DNA from: Heptranchias perlo
Taxonomy: Eukaryota
Assembly (NCBI RefSeq): GCF_035084215.1
Contig: NC_090329.1
Location: 101,184,001 to 101,248,000, forward strand
Direction of reading: 5' to 3'
DNA: 64,000 bases
Position 1 is the first letter of the stretch. Every line of letters starts with the position of its first letter. The notes under the pieces are model-generated. The model did no database searches, was not told the DNA's origin, and saw only the letters and a program-made list of their open reading frames with translations. The position numbers were made by a program, and so were the translations under genes. Below, piece after piece: positions 25,501 through 38,067 of the stretch.

Positions 25501-25747
25501 CACCACCTGCATGTTACCCTCCAAGTCACACACCATCCCGACTTGAAAATATATCGCCGTTCCTTCATTGTCGCTGGGTCAAAATCCTGGAACTCCCTTC
25601 CTAACAGCACTGTGGGAGAACAGTCACCACACGGACTGCAGCGGTTCAAGGCAGCAGCTCACCACCACCTTCTCAAGGGCAATTAGGGATGGGGAATAAA
25701 TGCCGGCCTCGCCAGCGACGCCCACATCCCATGAACGAATAAAAAAA
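22509..25747 (+). mobile_element. tRNA-headed APE+RT LINE, copy B (full length, frameshifted)
   Basis: A box TAGCATAGTGG 22517-22527; anticodon-like arm 22536-22552; B box 22579-22590; APE ORF 22977-23576; RT ORF 24208-25686 (LDIKAAFDRVWH, GVPQGS); A-rich tail. Confidence 0.92.
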
Positions 25748-25842
25748 CACTTATTTGGCAACAAATAAAGATGGATATTAGACAGTTATCAAACATATGT
25801 GCAATAAATTACAGTTAAAGATTTTGCCAAGAAATCTCCTAC

Positions 25843-25933
25843 CTTGCTACTAGTACTGTTTTTCAGCTGCTTGAAGGTTATCTGCTCTGATTGCGATACA
25901 TCATTCTCTTTGGCTATGTTGCCTGTGTCAGCC
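25843..25933 (-). CDS. TTK: TTK exon, middle region
   Basis: 91 nt, phase 2-0, tttttatattgttag|…AAG|gtagga; ADTGNIAKEND…STSSK. Confidence 0.75.
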
Positions 25934-26287
25934 CTAACAATATAAAAAAGTAATAGTTGAACCAAACTCAAGTTCAGCAAACTACAGGGGCTAATTCGAG
26001 ACGATCAAAAGCAGAGGCAAAATACACTGGGTTCTAATCCACTTGATGACTTGGGCCTATGCTCAAAGAATGAAAACCTGCATCAGTGCTGACAAAATAA
26101 TATTTTGCAAGAGACAGTAAATGTTTTTTTTTACAAAAAGGACTTTTCCTAGCATTTTGAGTTACACGAACTACACTCGTAAGCAAGCTCTCGCTCCAAA
26201 TGAACCAGAGCATGCCTTTATCTGCACAATATCTTGGTAATTTTTGCAAACCAAGGGATTCAACAGAAGACCTGGTTATGTCACGTG

Positions 26288-26307
26288 ATATATATATATA
26301 TATATAT
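26288..26307. repeat. (AT)n microsatellite
   Basis: Direct read. Confidence 0.85.
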
Positions 26308-28053
26308 CACATCACATGCTACCACATGATTTCTTTGACTTTAGAAAGGAGAATAAACATCAAACCATGGCTTTTACTATAAACTACCAAACACATTTGC
26401 TACATGATAAAATAAATAGATAAGTGAGCAGTAGCAAAGACAAATAGTAGATTTACAGTAATTACAAACTTTACTATTCATCCTTGGAATGCAGAATACA
26501 CTAATGTCTCCAACACTATAACTATGTAAAACCACAGGACTGTTCCCAACTACAACCTTGCATGGAAGTTCATTCCTAGCTTTCCAAGGAGTCTTCTGCC
26601 TATCTCACTCTCTGATGGCTTCAGAAAGACTTCTCACTTGGAGAGATACTTTCAAAGCCCTTTGAAGATAGATCAGAACAAACTGAGAGGTGCCAATCCA
26701 ACAGGATGTTTCTATATGGATCGAATGGCTCAATCCTCTTCTGGAAATCTAAATTGGTTTCAAATATTTTGGACCAGCTGCCAAACATTGTACCATCCAT
26801 AAACAATACCTAGCTAACTGCAACTGGATGATTGTCGCCTCATACCAACAGCACTTGGAACACAACGAGCAAAACACACAGGTAAACAATTATAATTTAA
26901 AGGTATTTACATATGTATGTATCCCTGTTACATCAGCAGACATATTGTCTATTCTGGAGCTACTGATTATCAACAGCCTGGGATATTTTCTTTCAGTGAA
27001 TCTGGTTTTATCCTGTATGTACAATGACAAGCAAGAAAGAGAAGCCCGTAACCCAAGTTAAGAGACTTTCGTCACACCGTCTCGGGAAATATTCCAGGTA
27101 CTCTTACCATCCTGATCTACAGGATCCCAAAAATGCCTGTCAGTATGCTCAGGCCCAAAATCAATTTTCAAAATATATACACACACAAAGAATTTTAAAA
27201 GTAAAAATGATCTTCAACTTCACCTCAATGATGAAACAGGATCAAATTGCAATTCTCCAGAACTACTGCTGTTCTTTCTGTTCTTGTTCTTTAAAACAGT
27301 ATTGCTGGATAACATGCTTGGTGTAGTTTTAATCACAGTCACTATGAAGGAGGAAAAATATACAATTTATAAAGATGCACATGTATGCTTACATATCTTG
27401 ACTTGTCAAATTCACCCACCTATGGTCAGGATGGCTAAAGAAGTCATTTTCTATGTTAATTACATGAGATACCAGGATTTTTACCTATCCAAGGCACATG
27501 TATAATTTACAATTTTAAAAACAAACTGACCTCACTGCCTGTAAGTATGTGATTAAAAAAGTTAGCAAGCTCTTATGTTTTATGAAAGATGCTGTCATCA
27601 CATGCATGCAAAAAGCACCTTTCCTGAATTCCTCTCCAAAATATTGAGCAAATATATTTTCTTCCAGTCTCACCTAATGCTCTGCCAAATTCTATTAAAT
27701 TTCTCTCTCCTTCCCCATGATCTCTGCAAATTCCCCTAATATTAGCATCAGGTGGTGGAGAATTATGCAACTACTTCTAGTCTTGAGGCTTGCAGAGATT
27801 TAGATTTAAAAAGTTTATAAATTTGAATTAAACAGCAAAGCAATATTTTTAATAGTAAGCAGTTTGCTTTAAGGCATACTTTATATATGCGCATAGTGGA
27901 CAATTCTACAGACGAGTGTTCAGAACGCACTACATCTAATTGCTAGAAAAAAAGTACTAACACAAACTAGTATATTTTTGTACTAACGAGTCTCTCATTT
28001 CCTCTCTGTTCTTGCCCCACGCAAACAACTTCCAATTCTAGACACTTACTCAC

Positions 28054-28203
28054 CAGATAGATTTTCGTTATTTCCATCTTCAGGTGGTACAAGCTGCATT
28101 TTCCCCTGGTTTAAATTTTGAAAAGCAATTTCCAACAGCTCTATGGGTTTTGCTTTGATATCCACTGCTTTCTGAAGAATGGTTCTACATTTCCTTACAG
28201 AGC
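28054..28203 (-). CDS. TTK: TTK exon, end of TPR domain
   Basis: GSVRKCRTILQKAVDIKAKPIELLEIAFQNLNQGK…ENLS vs human [32 protein letters not shown]; overlapping donors gtgagtaagt (exon end 28054 or 28050). Confidence 0.93.
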
Positions 28204-28296
28204 CTGTCCAAAGACAATAACTTGATTACTTACTTCCCATAAATCTATGTTATTGAAGACTTTCAATAATAAAACTAGAATGCAAGTCATACAGAC

Positions 28297-28403
28297 CTCG
28301 ATTCAGCTCAAATTGTGCATACGCTACATGCACAAAGGCAAATCTCTTACAGTTCACTCTAGCCAAGTTGAATTGCTCCTGTGCTTCATCTACATCTACA
28401 AAA
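28297..28403 (-). CDS. TTK: TTK exon, TPR domain
   Basis: 107 nt, phase 2-1; DEAQEQFNLARVNCKRFAFVHVAYAQFEL vs human [29 protein letters not shown]. Confidence 0.96.
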
Positions 28404-29469
28404 CTGAGGGGGGAAAAAAGTGATTAGAATCTCTTAAGAGCTTACATTAAGATATAAACAAAACTGAAGATTAATCACTCAATCTGTGTGAGTAATTCTG
28501 AGCCTCTGGACATTGGCAAAGGATGACAGCCACTTTATTTCCTTATTGGGATCAACATGCCTGTTCAGTGCTCATTTTGAATTAAGTTTTCATAACAGAC
28601 TTCTATAGAGAAAATACTTTTATTTGCATCTTACTATAATTTCTTTTAAACAATGCAAGGAATTTTCTGACACTGTGATATGTGCTTGTCCAAGTGTTGC
28701 TCACAGAGAAAAATTTACACCACCCCCACTTGTCAATTTTAAACAAAAGTTGTTTAATTGCATGTACATTTTAGCTATACGTTCACATTAAGGGTTTGTA
28801 CCTGATCACTAGATTGCAAACAGCCCAAATGTAATTTACTTATTTAATTCATCAGTGAGATTGTAAGTTCATATTAAAAAGGACTTTAGATTAAATGCTT
28901 TCCCCATTAATTCAATTTTTAAAAATCTGTTAGCACTTTACGTCCATGCAGCAACTTTCCAGTTCACCTAGCTCAGAACAGAAACTGATGTGGAGCAATT
29001 GGTTGCAGGGAGAGGGGAAGAGAGTGAAGTACAGCAGCACAGTGGTATAATAGGGATGTCCATATACTCAGCAAATAGACAAGCACTTTTGTAGTTGCAG
29101 CTGAAAATCACAAGTGACATGTTGCCTCCCAATTGACAAGATAAGGATATAATGGAGCAGGTGCAAGACATGTGAATGGGAAGGGAACAGCTGGAAATCA
29201 GGGTTTATATAAGAACATAGGAAATGAACCCCGCAAACAGAGTTTCAGAAATTAGGAAATTGAAGAGCATGGCCTCAAAGGTAGTAATCTCACAATTGCT
29301 GTACTCCCAAGTAACATGCTCTAATTAGTATAGGAATCACAGGACATGAGAGGTAAATGAGTATCTGGAAAATGGTGTAGAAAGTAAGACCCCAGATTCC
29401 TGGGACATTGGGATCCATTCTGGGACTAATTAGACTAATATGGTGTGGGTGGGCCAGGGGAAAGAACAC

Positions 29470-30050
29470 AACAACAATCATTTATGCAGCACTTTTAATG
29501 TAGAGAAACACCCCATAGAGCTTTGCAGGTGTAAAAAAAAAGGACACCAAGCCAAACAAGGAAATTTTGGGCATAGAGGTATGTTTTAAGGAGGATCTTA
29601 AAGAGAAGGCGCTAGAGACATGCGGTGACTCAGAGGGAATTCCAGAGTGGGCGGAAGGCACAGCTTACGATGGTGGTGCAAGGGAGGGAGGCTAGGACAT
29701 GGAGTGGTTTAAGTGCCAGTCTAAGAATTTTTAATTTGAGACGTTAGGGGAAGAAAAAACAATGTAGGTCTGAAAGGACAGGTTTGGTGGGCGATTGTGA
29801 TTTGGTGTGGGATAGGACGAGATACCGGCAGCAGAGTTTCAGATGAGCTGAAGTTGATGGAGGGTAGAGAAACAGATGACATCATTAGAGTATTTGAGTT
29901 TGGAGGCAACAGGGGTTTCAGCTGAAAATGGGCTGAGGTAGGAATAGTTGTTTGGGAGGGTGGGGACGTTTCTGACATTGAAATGGGTAGTTTTTGTAAT
30001 GATGAGGTTGGAACTCAGCTCCAAGAAAGGAACCAAAAAGGGGTAAAGGA
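29470..30050 (-). mobile_element. Degenerate L2-type LINE 3' fragment
   Basis: Tail acaacaacaatcatttatgcagcac…; decayed ORF2 remnants. Confidence 0.55.
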
Positions 30051-30174
30051 TGGAAAGATCTTACAGAAAAACTGAATCACAGGAAGAAGGATTACAAAAA
30101 GAGTAAGATATGGAAATGGTGGCAAATTTGAGTTGTATGTATGAAAAGGCATAAAGTATATATATTCGTAATAT

Positions 30175-33026
30175 ATCTGGTTCACTAATGTCCTTTAGGA
30201 AAGGAAACCTGCCATCCTTGCCTGGTCTGGCCAATACATAACTCCAGACCAACAGCAATGTGGCCTACTCCTGTTCCTATGATTCTTAATCGCCCTCCGA
30301 AATGGCCCAGCAAGCCACTCAGTTGTACAATCTCGCTACAGAAAGTCACAATAAGAATGAAACCGGATGGACCACCCAGCATCGGACCACAAGGCACCGG
30401 ACACGACAAAGGCAAACCAAGCCCAGTCGACCCTGCAAAGTCCTCCTCACTAACTTCTGGGGACTTGTGACAAAATTGGGAGAGCTGTCCCACAGACTAG
30501 TCAAGCAACAGCATGACATAGCCATACTCTCAGAATCATACCTTTCAGCCAACATCCCAGACTCTTCCATCACCATCCCTGGGTACGTCCTGTCCCACCA
30601 GCAGGGCAGACCCACCAGAGGTGGTGGTACAGTGATATACAGTCAGGAGGGAGTGGCCCAGGGAGTCCTCAACATTGACTCCAGACCCCATGAAATCTCA
30701 TGGCATCAGGTCAAACGTGGGCAAGGAAACCTTCTGCTGATTACCACCTACTGCCCTCCCTCAGCTGATGAATCAGTCCTCCATGTTGAGCACCACTTGG
30801 AGGAAGCACTGAGGGTAGCAAGGGCACAGAATGTGCTCTGGGTGGGGGACTTCAATGTCCATCACCAAGAGTGGCTCGGTAGCACCACGACTGACCGAGT
30901 CCTGAAGGACACAGCTGCCAGACTGGGCCTGCAGCAGGTGGGGAGCGAACCAACATGAGGGAAAAACCTACTTGACCTCATCCTCACCAATCTACCTGTC
31001 ACAGATGCATCTGTCCATGACAGTATTGATAGGAGTGGCCACTGCACAATCCTCGTTGAGACGAAGTCCCGTCTTCGCACTGAGGACAGTATCCAACATG
31101 TTGTGTGGCACTACCACCGTGCTAAATGGGATAGATTCAGAACAGATCTAGCAGCTCAAAACTGGGCATCCACGAGGGACTGTGGGTCATCAGCAGCAGA
31201 TTTGTATTCCACCACAATCTGTAACCTCATGGCCCGGCATTTTCCTCACTCTACCATTACCAACAAGCCAAGGGATCAACCCTGGTTCAATGAGGAGTGT
31301 AGAAGAGCATGCCAGGAGCAGCACCAGGCATACCTAAAAATGAGGTGCCAACCTGGTGAAGCTACAACACAGGACTACATGCATGCTAAACAGCAGAAGC
31401 AACATGCTATAGACAGAGATTCCACAACCAACGGATCAGATCAAAGCTCTGCAGTCCTGCCACATCCAGTCGTGAATGGTGGTGGACAATTAAACAACTA
31501 ACGGGAGGAGGAGGCGGCTCTGTAAACATCCCCATCCTCAATGATGGCGGAGTCCAGCACGTGACAGCAAAAGACAAGGCTGAAGCGTTTGCAACCATCT
31601 TCAGCGAGAAGTGCTGAGTGGATGATCCATCTCAGCCTCCTCCCGATATCCCCACCATCACAGAAGCCAGTCTTCAGCCAATTCGATTCACTCCACGTGA
31701 CATCAAGAAACAGCTGAGTACACTGGATACAACAAAGGCTATGGGCCCCGACAACATCACGGCTGTAGTGCTGAAGACTTGTGCTCCAGAACTAGCTGCG
31801 CCTCTAGCCAAACTGTTCCAGTACAGCTACAACACTGGCATCTACCCGACAATGTGGAAATTTGCCCAGGTATGTCCTGTCCACAAAAAGCAGAACAAAT
31901 CCAATCCGGCCAATTACCACCCCATCAGTCTACTCTCAATCATCAGCAAAGTGATGGAAGGTGTCGTCGACAGTGCTATTAAGTGGCACTTACTCACCAA
32001 TAACCTGCTCACCGATGCTCAGTTTGGGTTCCGCCAGGATCACTTAGCTCCAGACCTCATTACAGTCTTGGTCCAAACATGGACAGAAGAGGTGAATTCC
32101 AGCGGTGAGGTGAGGCGAGAGTAACTGCCCTTGACATCAAGACAGCATTTGACTGAGTGTGGCACCAAGCAGCCTTAGTAAAATTGAAGTTAATGGGAAT
32201 TAGGGGGAAAACTCTCCAGTGTCTGGAGTCATACCTAGCACAAAGATGGTTGTGGTTGTTGGAGGCTAATCATCTCAGCTCCAGGACATTGCTGCAGGAG
32301 TTTTCAGGGCAGTGTCCTAGGCCCAACTATCTTCAGCTGCTTCATCAATGACCTTCCTTCCATCATAAGGTCAGAAATGGGAATGTTCGCTGATGATTGG
32401 AGTGTTTAGTTCCATTCACAACTCCTCAAATAATGAAGTAGTCCAAGCCCACATGCAGCAAGACCTGGACAACATTCAGGCTTGGGCTCAGAAGTGGCAA
32501 GTAACATTCGCGCCAGATAAGTGCCAGGCAATGACCATCTCCAACAAGAGACAGTCTGCCCACCTCCCATTGACATACCATCGCCGAATCCCCCATCAAC
32601 ATCCTGGCACCCCATCCACCACCCTAAACATTCACTACCTCCACCACCAGTGCACAGTGGCTGCAGTGTGTACCATCCACAGGATGCACTGCAGCAACTC
32701 GCCAAAGCTTCTTCGACAGCACCTCCCAAACCCACGACCTCAACCCCCTTGGACAAGAGCAGCAGGCACATGGGAACAACCCCACCTGCACGTTCCCCTC
32801 CAAGTCACACACCATCCTGACTTGGAAATATATCGCCGTTACTTCATCGTCGCTGGGTTAAAATCCTAGAACTCCCTATCAGCACTGTGGGAGAACCTTC
32901 ACCACACGGACTGCAGCGGTTTAAGGCGGCGGCTCACCACCACCTTCTCAAGGGCAATTAGGGATGGGCAATAAATGCTGGCCTTGCCAGCGACACTCAC
33001 ATCCCATAAAAATGAATAAAAATAAA
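30175..33026 (+). mobile_element. tRNA-headed APE+RT LINE family, copy C (head lost, internal deletion)
   Basis: ORFs 30302-30958 (APE, VGDFNVHH) and 31618-32124 (RT); same 3' tail as copies A and B. Confidence 0.9.
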
Positions 33027-33904
33027 TAAAATTGGTACAATTGTTATGGTGGTCGGGGGGCGGGGGGAGAAAGAGATGGTATAAAATCAGGAAGTCTTCT
33101 CGAAAGAACATACAATTGTACTTTGCCCCTTTTCTTTACAGGTCAGGAGTGTAGTCAAGGGAACTTTACAGCTTTTTATAAATTTGACTTTGGTAGTTAC
33201 TGGGAACTTTAAGAAATTGTACTGGTTTAGCAACAGGCAAGTTGCAGTTTCCCATAACCCACTGCATATTTCAGCAGTTCATGGTCAGAAAGTGATGATT
33301 AACTCGGCATTTTAATTTTTTAAAATTATATCTGGATAGGTTCAAACAAAAGTGGCCTGTTAAAGTACTGCCAGTGATATTCTAAGTCAGTCAGCAAAGA
33401 TCATTTTTGAAGAAATTTCCAAGTTCGATGATGAACAGTGAACATCCTTCCCTGAGGAATCACTACACATATGTCAAGACAATGTCATGTTGAAGTTCAT
33501 GTCCTCTGACAAAATCATTCATCCAGTTCAATGAATCAGAGATTCCATCTTCTAGAAGTTTAGATGCCACACCCAATCAAAAGTCCGCAAACATTGAGGG
33601 TTACTGTCCTTTGCTATGGATAGCGACAGAATCTCTCCATTTCTGGATCGTAATCAGCGATCAACAGATTTCAATCAGAAGCTAACTTGTGTCACGTCGG
33701 AAGTTTTGATTATACCACAGTTCCTCATACACAAAGCTGACATCCTCATCATTCAACACCCAACACCAGGTATGAAACATCTTGGTATGCACCCAAAACT
33801 TAACTCTACAACTTCAGATGTTAAGAAAGTTAAGATGTAGTGGAAAGTGCTTTCAATTTTAATCTGAACCTAACTAAAAAGTGAACAATCATCCTGGACT
33901 AAAT

Positions 33905-34920
33905 TATACATGGGTGTTGCCAGAGACATTGGCAGAACGGATGTCCTGGCACTACATCCGGTTGGCGCCCAAAGCCATCTAGACATTAAAAGTTGCAGTT
34001 GGCCCTGACTCCTAGGTGTATCGAGGAAGCTCGAGCGTGTGGAGCGATCCCATCCGATCTGACCCCCATTCAGATAGAACTTCTCATCGGCGCCAGGCCC
34101 CTAATCCTGCGCCTCACAGCTGGAGTCCACTCTCGGAAATTCCCTCCATGCCATTCCACTCTGTGCGGAGGGGTTTCCTGCTCCAGGATACTCTCCACTT
34201 CCCTGTCCTTGTCTTCTGTCCATATGTGCCTTTGCGTGCCAGCTTGCCATCCGGTGGAGGTCCCCAACGGAGGGCTCTCTACGCAGGTGTCCTTCCACGC
34301 ATCATTGGGGATCTGGGGTGGAGGTTGTTGCACGGAGCTGTCCCCACAAACTGGCTTTCAAGCCACTTCATGGAGTCCCAAGTCGCCTGTACCTTTTATG
34401 ATCTGGATGAGTCCATCTTCCACGTGTCTATGGACTGAGAGAGGTTGTGGACCCTGTTCCATTATTTGAAGGGGCTGCTCCTCAATTTCTGATGGCACTT
34501 CAGTCCCATGCTCCAGATCTTTGGCCACCCGGTGAGGAGGGGAGTAGGCAAGTTGGAGGACCTCCTCGTGGTTCTGTTCCTGGACCTGGCTACGGTGGTC
34601 GTCTACAGGCCCAGATTAGACGCAGCCTGTGGAGGTAGTTGCTCTGGCTGCCTGCCTCTCTTCCGCAGCTTTCTCTGCACCCGGGCGGTCCTGGTGAAGG
34701 AGCACGTGGTGCCTGCCGGTGCACTTGAGGCCTTCTGCAACCGGTGGGCACCACAGGGACTGGAGTGCATAGTAGACACGAATAATAAAATTGTGATTTA
34801 AATTGCTAACTGATCCACTAAGATGACATGGGTTGCCCCAGTGTCATCAACAGAACAACAAATTTACACGTGACCAACCCCCCCCCACCCCTTTTAAGGG
34901 GCATAACTAATAAAAAGGAA
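33905..34920 (+). mobile_element. Tx1/L1-type LINE 3' fragment
   Basis: GDLGWRLLHGAVPTN…ACTF…ESIFHV zinc-binding C-terminus; RWAPQGLEC end; 3' UTR shared with 42041-42160. Confidence 0.75.
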
Positions 34921-35194
34921 TGAAAACATAACATGTATTTCAACAAAACTTATAAAACAAAATCATAATATTATTACTTGTCTCGATAAGACACTACACC
35001 CACCGGTAAAAAAATATATATTTTTTAAAGTTACACATGGGCCACTCTTGCTCAGTCAGCACTCTGTTCTTCCAAAGAATAAAAATGGATTCTGTTCACA
35101 TCAAAAATCGCATTCTGTTGCGCAGGAAGTTCAGGTATCAGTACCTAAATGCTTTTATTGCAAAACAAGAGGATAGAAAAACAATAATACTTAC

Positions 35195-35420
35195 ACTTTA
35201 AGCTCTGCAAAACGGATCAAGATGTGAGCATAACATTCATTTGAGTAATGCTTTTCAACCGGTAGGGCAGCAACTGTGTCATCATATAGCTCTATAAGCC
35301 TATTCAATAGGCTCTCATTATTCTGAGGATCACCCATCTTTTCCACTTTCTGAAGATATGCAAACCAGTCTTCTGGAAAGTTTCCATCAGCTATAATTTG
35401 TCTGATAGTGGCAGTGTGAT
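35195..35420 (-). CDS. TTK: TTK exon, TPR domain start
   Basis: 226 nt, phase 1-2; GNFPEDWFAYL…LLNRLIELY…YAHILIRFAELK vs human NNPEDWLSLL…LLNKLIGRY…FARIQVRFAELK. Confidence 0.96.
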
Positions 35421-35924
35421 CTGTTGTAAAATAGAATACAAAGTTTAATTATAATTTAAGCATTCCTCGTGAAAAAGTTAAAACTGATGGAAAGATGATG
35501 CAATAACATAGGCAGCAAGCCCAGATCAATTCAGCATTTTAAATTTCTTCTATTTTAGTATCTTAACAGTCATGTTGATATCACTGGTGTTCCCTTTGCT
35601 ATTAAGAAAGTTATTTTCCCCACCGACTAAACTGCCTCTTGCTGTTGCATATTCCTCAAATATAAACAGGTCCTAGTTTTAAGAATTTAAATTTAAGCTG
35701 ATATACATTCAGATTCAAGATACACCATTCAGAGCACATTATCTATTTAGTGTACATTAACAAACATGGTTCCCTAAAATACACAGAATGGAACTTATTT
35801 TGAAGGGGGGGTGGGAAAGTGTTCAATTTCAATTGGCAGTTCAATGCTTTTCTAATTATGGATATCTGAACAGAAATTCCAAATAGATTAACTAAAATAT
35901 TAAGAAAAAATTACTGCACTGTAC

Positions 35925-36051
35925 CTGTAATATCCAAATTAGATTTCAACTCTTCAGTTCTGTTTGCTTCTTCATATTTTGTTCTGAAGTATGCTAATCG
36001 ACTCGAAAAGCGAGCCAGTCGCATCCTTGACTCATTTATTTCATCCTCCAT
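35925..36051 (-). CDS. TTK: TTK first coding exon (NTE); ATG at 36051, acceptor 2 nt upstream
   Basis: cttcttgcttgtag|TG ATG GAG GAT GAA…ACA G|gtacag; MEDEINESRMRLARFSSRLAYFRTKYEE…; phase fits the next exon. Confidence 0.88.
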
Positions 36052-36929
36052 CACTACAAGCAAGAAGGGGATGAAGCATTAAAGTAACTTGACTTTCAGA
36101 AGTTCATCAATACTTTCAAAACACAATATCTCACAGAAAATGTGTTTTTTAAAAAAAAACTAAAGATATTGTAAACTTATTTAGCTTTAGATCCAAGAAA
36201 CATTGAATAATCAAACAATTAGTCAATTGTTGGTGGTAACACACTCAGGTTGAAAGAACCTAACCATACAAACACATGAAAGGTGCCAAAGGTCAAGCAC
36301 GACCATCACACATGCATGATCACCCCATTATAACACCATTCTTGGGGTCCAAGTCATATGTGCATTATGAGATGCACTATACAACACGTTTCAATAGTAC
36401 AACTTAATTTGTTTGTGGCATTAGATTACTTGCAGTCTAGCACACATTCTGGAGTAAATGAAGAGAACATGCTTATTAAATGCCTGGGTTATAAAAGGGT
36501 GCATGAAGTTTCCATCTTTGGGTTCTTTTCTGCAATGCCTCCATGGGATGGTTACAAAGCCAGAGGAACTGCTGAATTGCTCTCATCTTCAAAGAAAGCA
36601 TGCATTGTTGAATGAAATGTTGATGGATGATGAAAGATATCGCTACACATAATTGAACATACAGGCTGAGGAGGTGAGGAAATGGAGCAGACATAGTCAT
36701 GGGTCCCATCAAATAGTGGCAAGGAAACCTCAGCTGAGAAGGGATGAAGTTTCAGAAACTCAAGTAGGGAAAATAGAATCATCAAAAAAAAGTCAACAAA
36801 TGGAAAAACTAGAAGGAATGAATTCTTTTTAGGAAGCAGCAAAGGAAGAAGCATAATCAAGACAGTCATGGGTTTGCAATAGATACCATTGATTACAAAC
36901 ATTAAAAGCCCATTGACAGAGAAAAATCA

Positions 36930-37023
36930 AATGTGAATTTCAAATAAAATTGCTGGACTATAACTTGGTGTTGTAAAATTGTTTACAATTGTCAACCCCA
37001 GTCCATCACCGGCATCTCCACAT
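36930..37023 (+). mobile_element. Penelope-like element family 1, short 3' end
   Basis: 13-bp TSD cagagaaaaatca at 36917-36929 and 37024-37036; sequence shared with ~52020-52071 and 44222-44330. Confidence 0.8.
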
Positions 37024-37099
37024 CAGAGAAAAATCAGAAATGGAAGGTTCAGAGATGGGCTAAGTAACAGAAGAATTGGTGAAAATTTGAAGTACAGTA

Positions 37100-37440
37100 A
37101 CTGAAAATCTGATCAGGGAGGGAACAAAAACCAGCACCCAAATAGCCATCAATGTAACAGAACAAGAGGCTGGAGAGCCACACTCCCTCCCCCAAGTAGG
37201 ATTGGAACAGTGTTCCATATATCCTACATAAAAGGCAGGCATAGTTGGGACTTAAACGGGTTATTAAAGTAATACCTTTTACCTGGAGGAATTGACTAGA
37301 GTCAAGACGAGAACGAGTTCAGCCACGTGGAGGAGAGTTGTGGTGGTCAGGGAGTGGTTAGGACACTGTTCAAGGAAGAAGGGGAGAGCCCAGATTCCAT
37401 CCTGGTGAAGAATGGAGCCATAGAAGGGCTAGATCTATGG
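37100..37440 (-). mobile_element. Degenerate Penelope-like RT fragment
   Basis: PNYACL-/YVGYMEH remnants of the PLE RT motif region (ORF 37060-37242). Confidence 0.55.
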
Positions 37441-38067
37441 CAAAGGGGAAAATGTTTGGGCTGGAGAATCTGAAATCATGTTTAGCAATAATGTGTACAG
37501 AAATTTTAAGACTTCTGGGAACCAAAACATAAACAGGACCACATTGTTCTAAGGCATTTTCTGAAAAGACTGCACTGTACTAACTGCCACAGCTGATCAC
37601 ACAGGCAGTGTTGAATACAAGTGAGATAACAGTGAATCTTCATGTCACAAACACAAACTCCATTGAACAGCCCCGCATCAAGCCGCAATCTAATCAAGAC
37701 AGCCTCACCTCAGTCAGATCCTAGCACTTGCTTCAAGCGGAAGTGCAAAGCACATGTACAAGATGCTACAAAGGAGTCGTTCTTCCACCCACAGTTTGGT
37801 GAGGGGGGAAAAGAGGAGGGAGGAACAGGAGACATAGGGTTACCAACTCTGCTTGAACGCACTCCAAACGCTATCACCACATGACCTCCTGGCTCCAACC
37901 ACCCAGCCCCCACCCTCCCAACATTTGTCACCAGACACGTCCTCCTGACCCAATGCCTTCCCACACTAGGAAAGTGAACAGACTCTTTGTTGCCCGACTG
38001 GATGGTTCTTGATTCTCAAACAGTCTTTCTCCAATATTTTTATAACTAACAATAACTTGCATTTACA

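Noticed and set aside
26557-26682. Candidate TTK exon (VCSDLSSKGFESISPSEKSF)
   Set aside because: Stop codons in all frames from the best acceptor.
27880-27942. Candidate TTK exon with a strong acceptor
   Set aside because: Open only as phase 0-0; it gives stops with either upstream donor.
33428-33509. C/D snoRNA-like pattern (ATGATGA…CTGA…CTGA)
   Set aside because: Antisense to the host intron, no terminal stem and no recognisable guide sequence.
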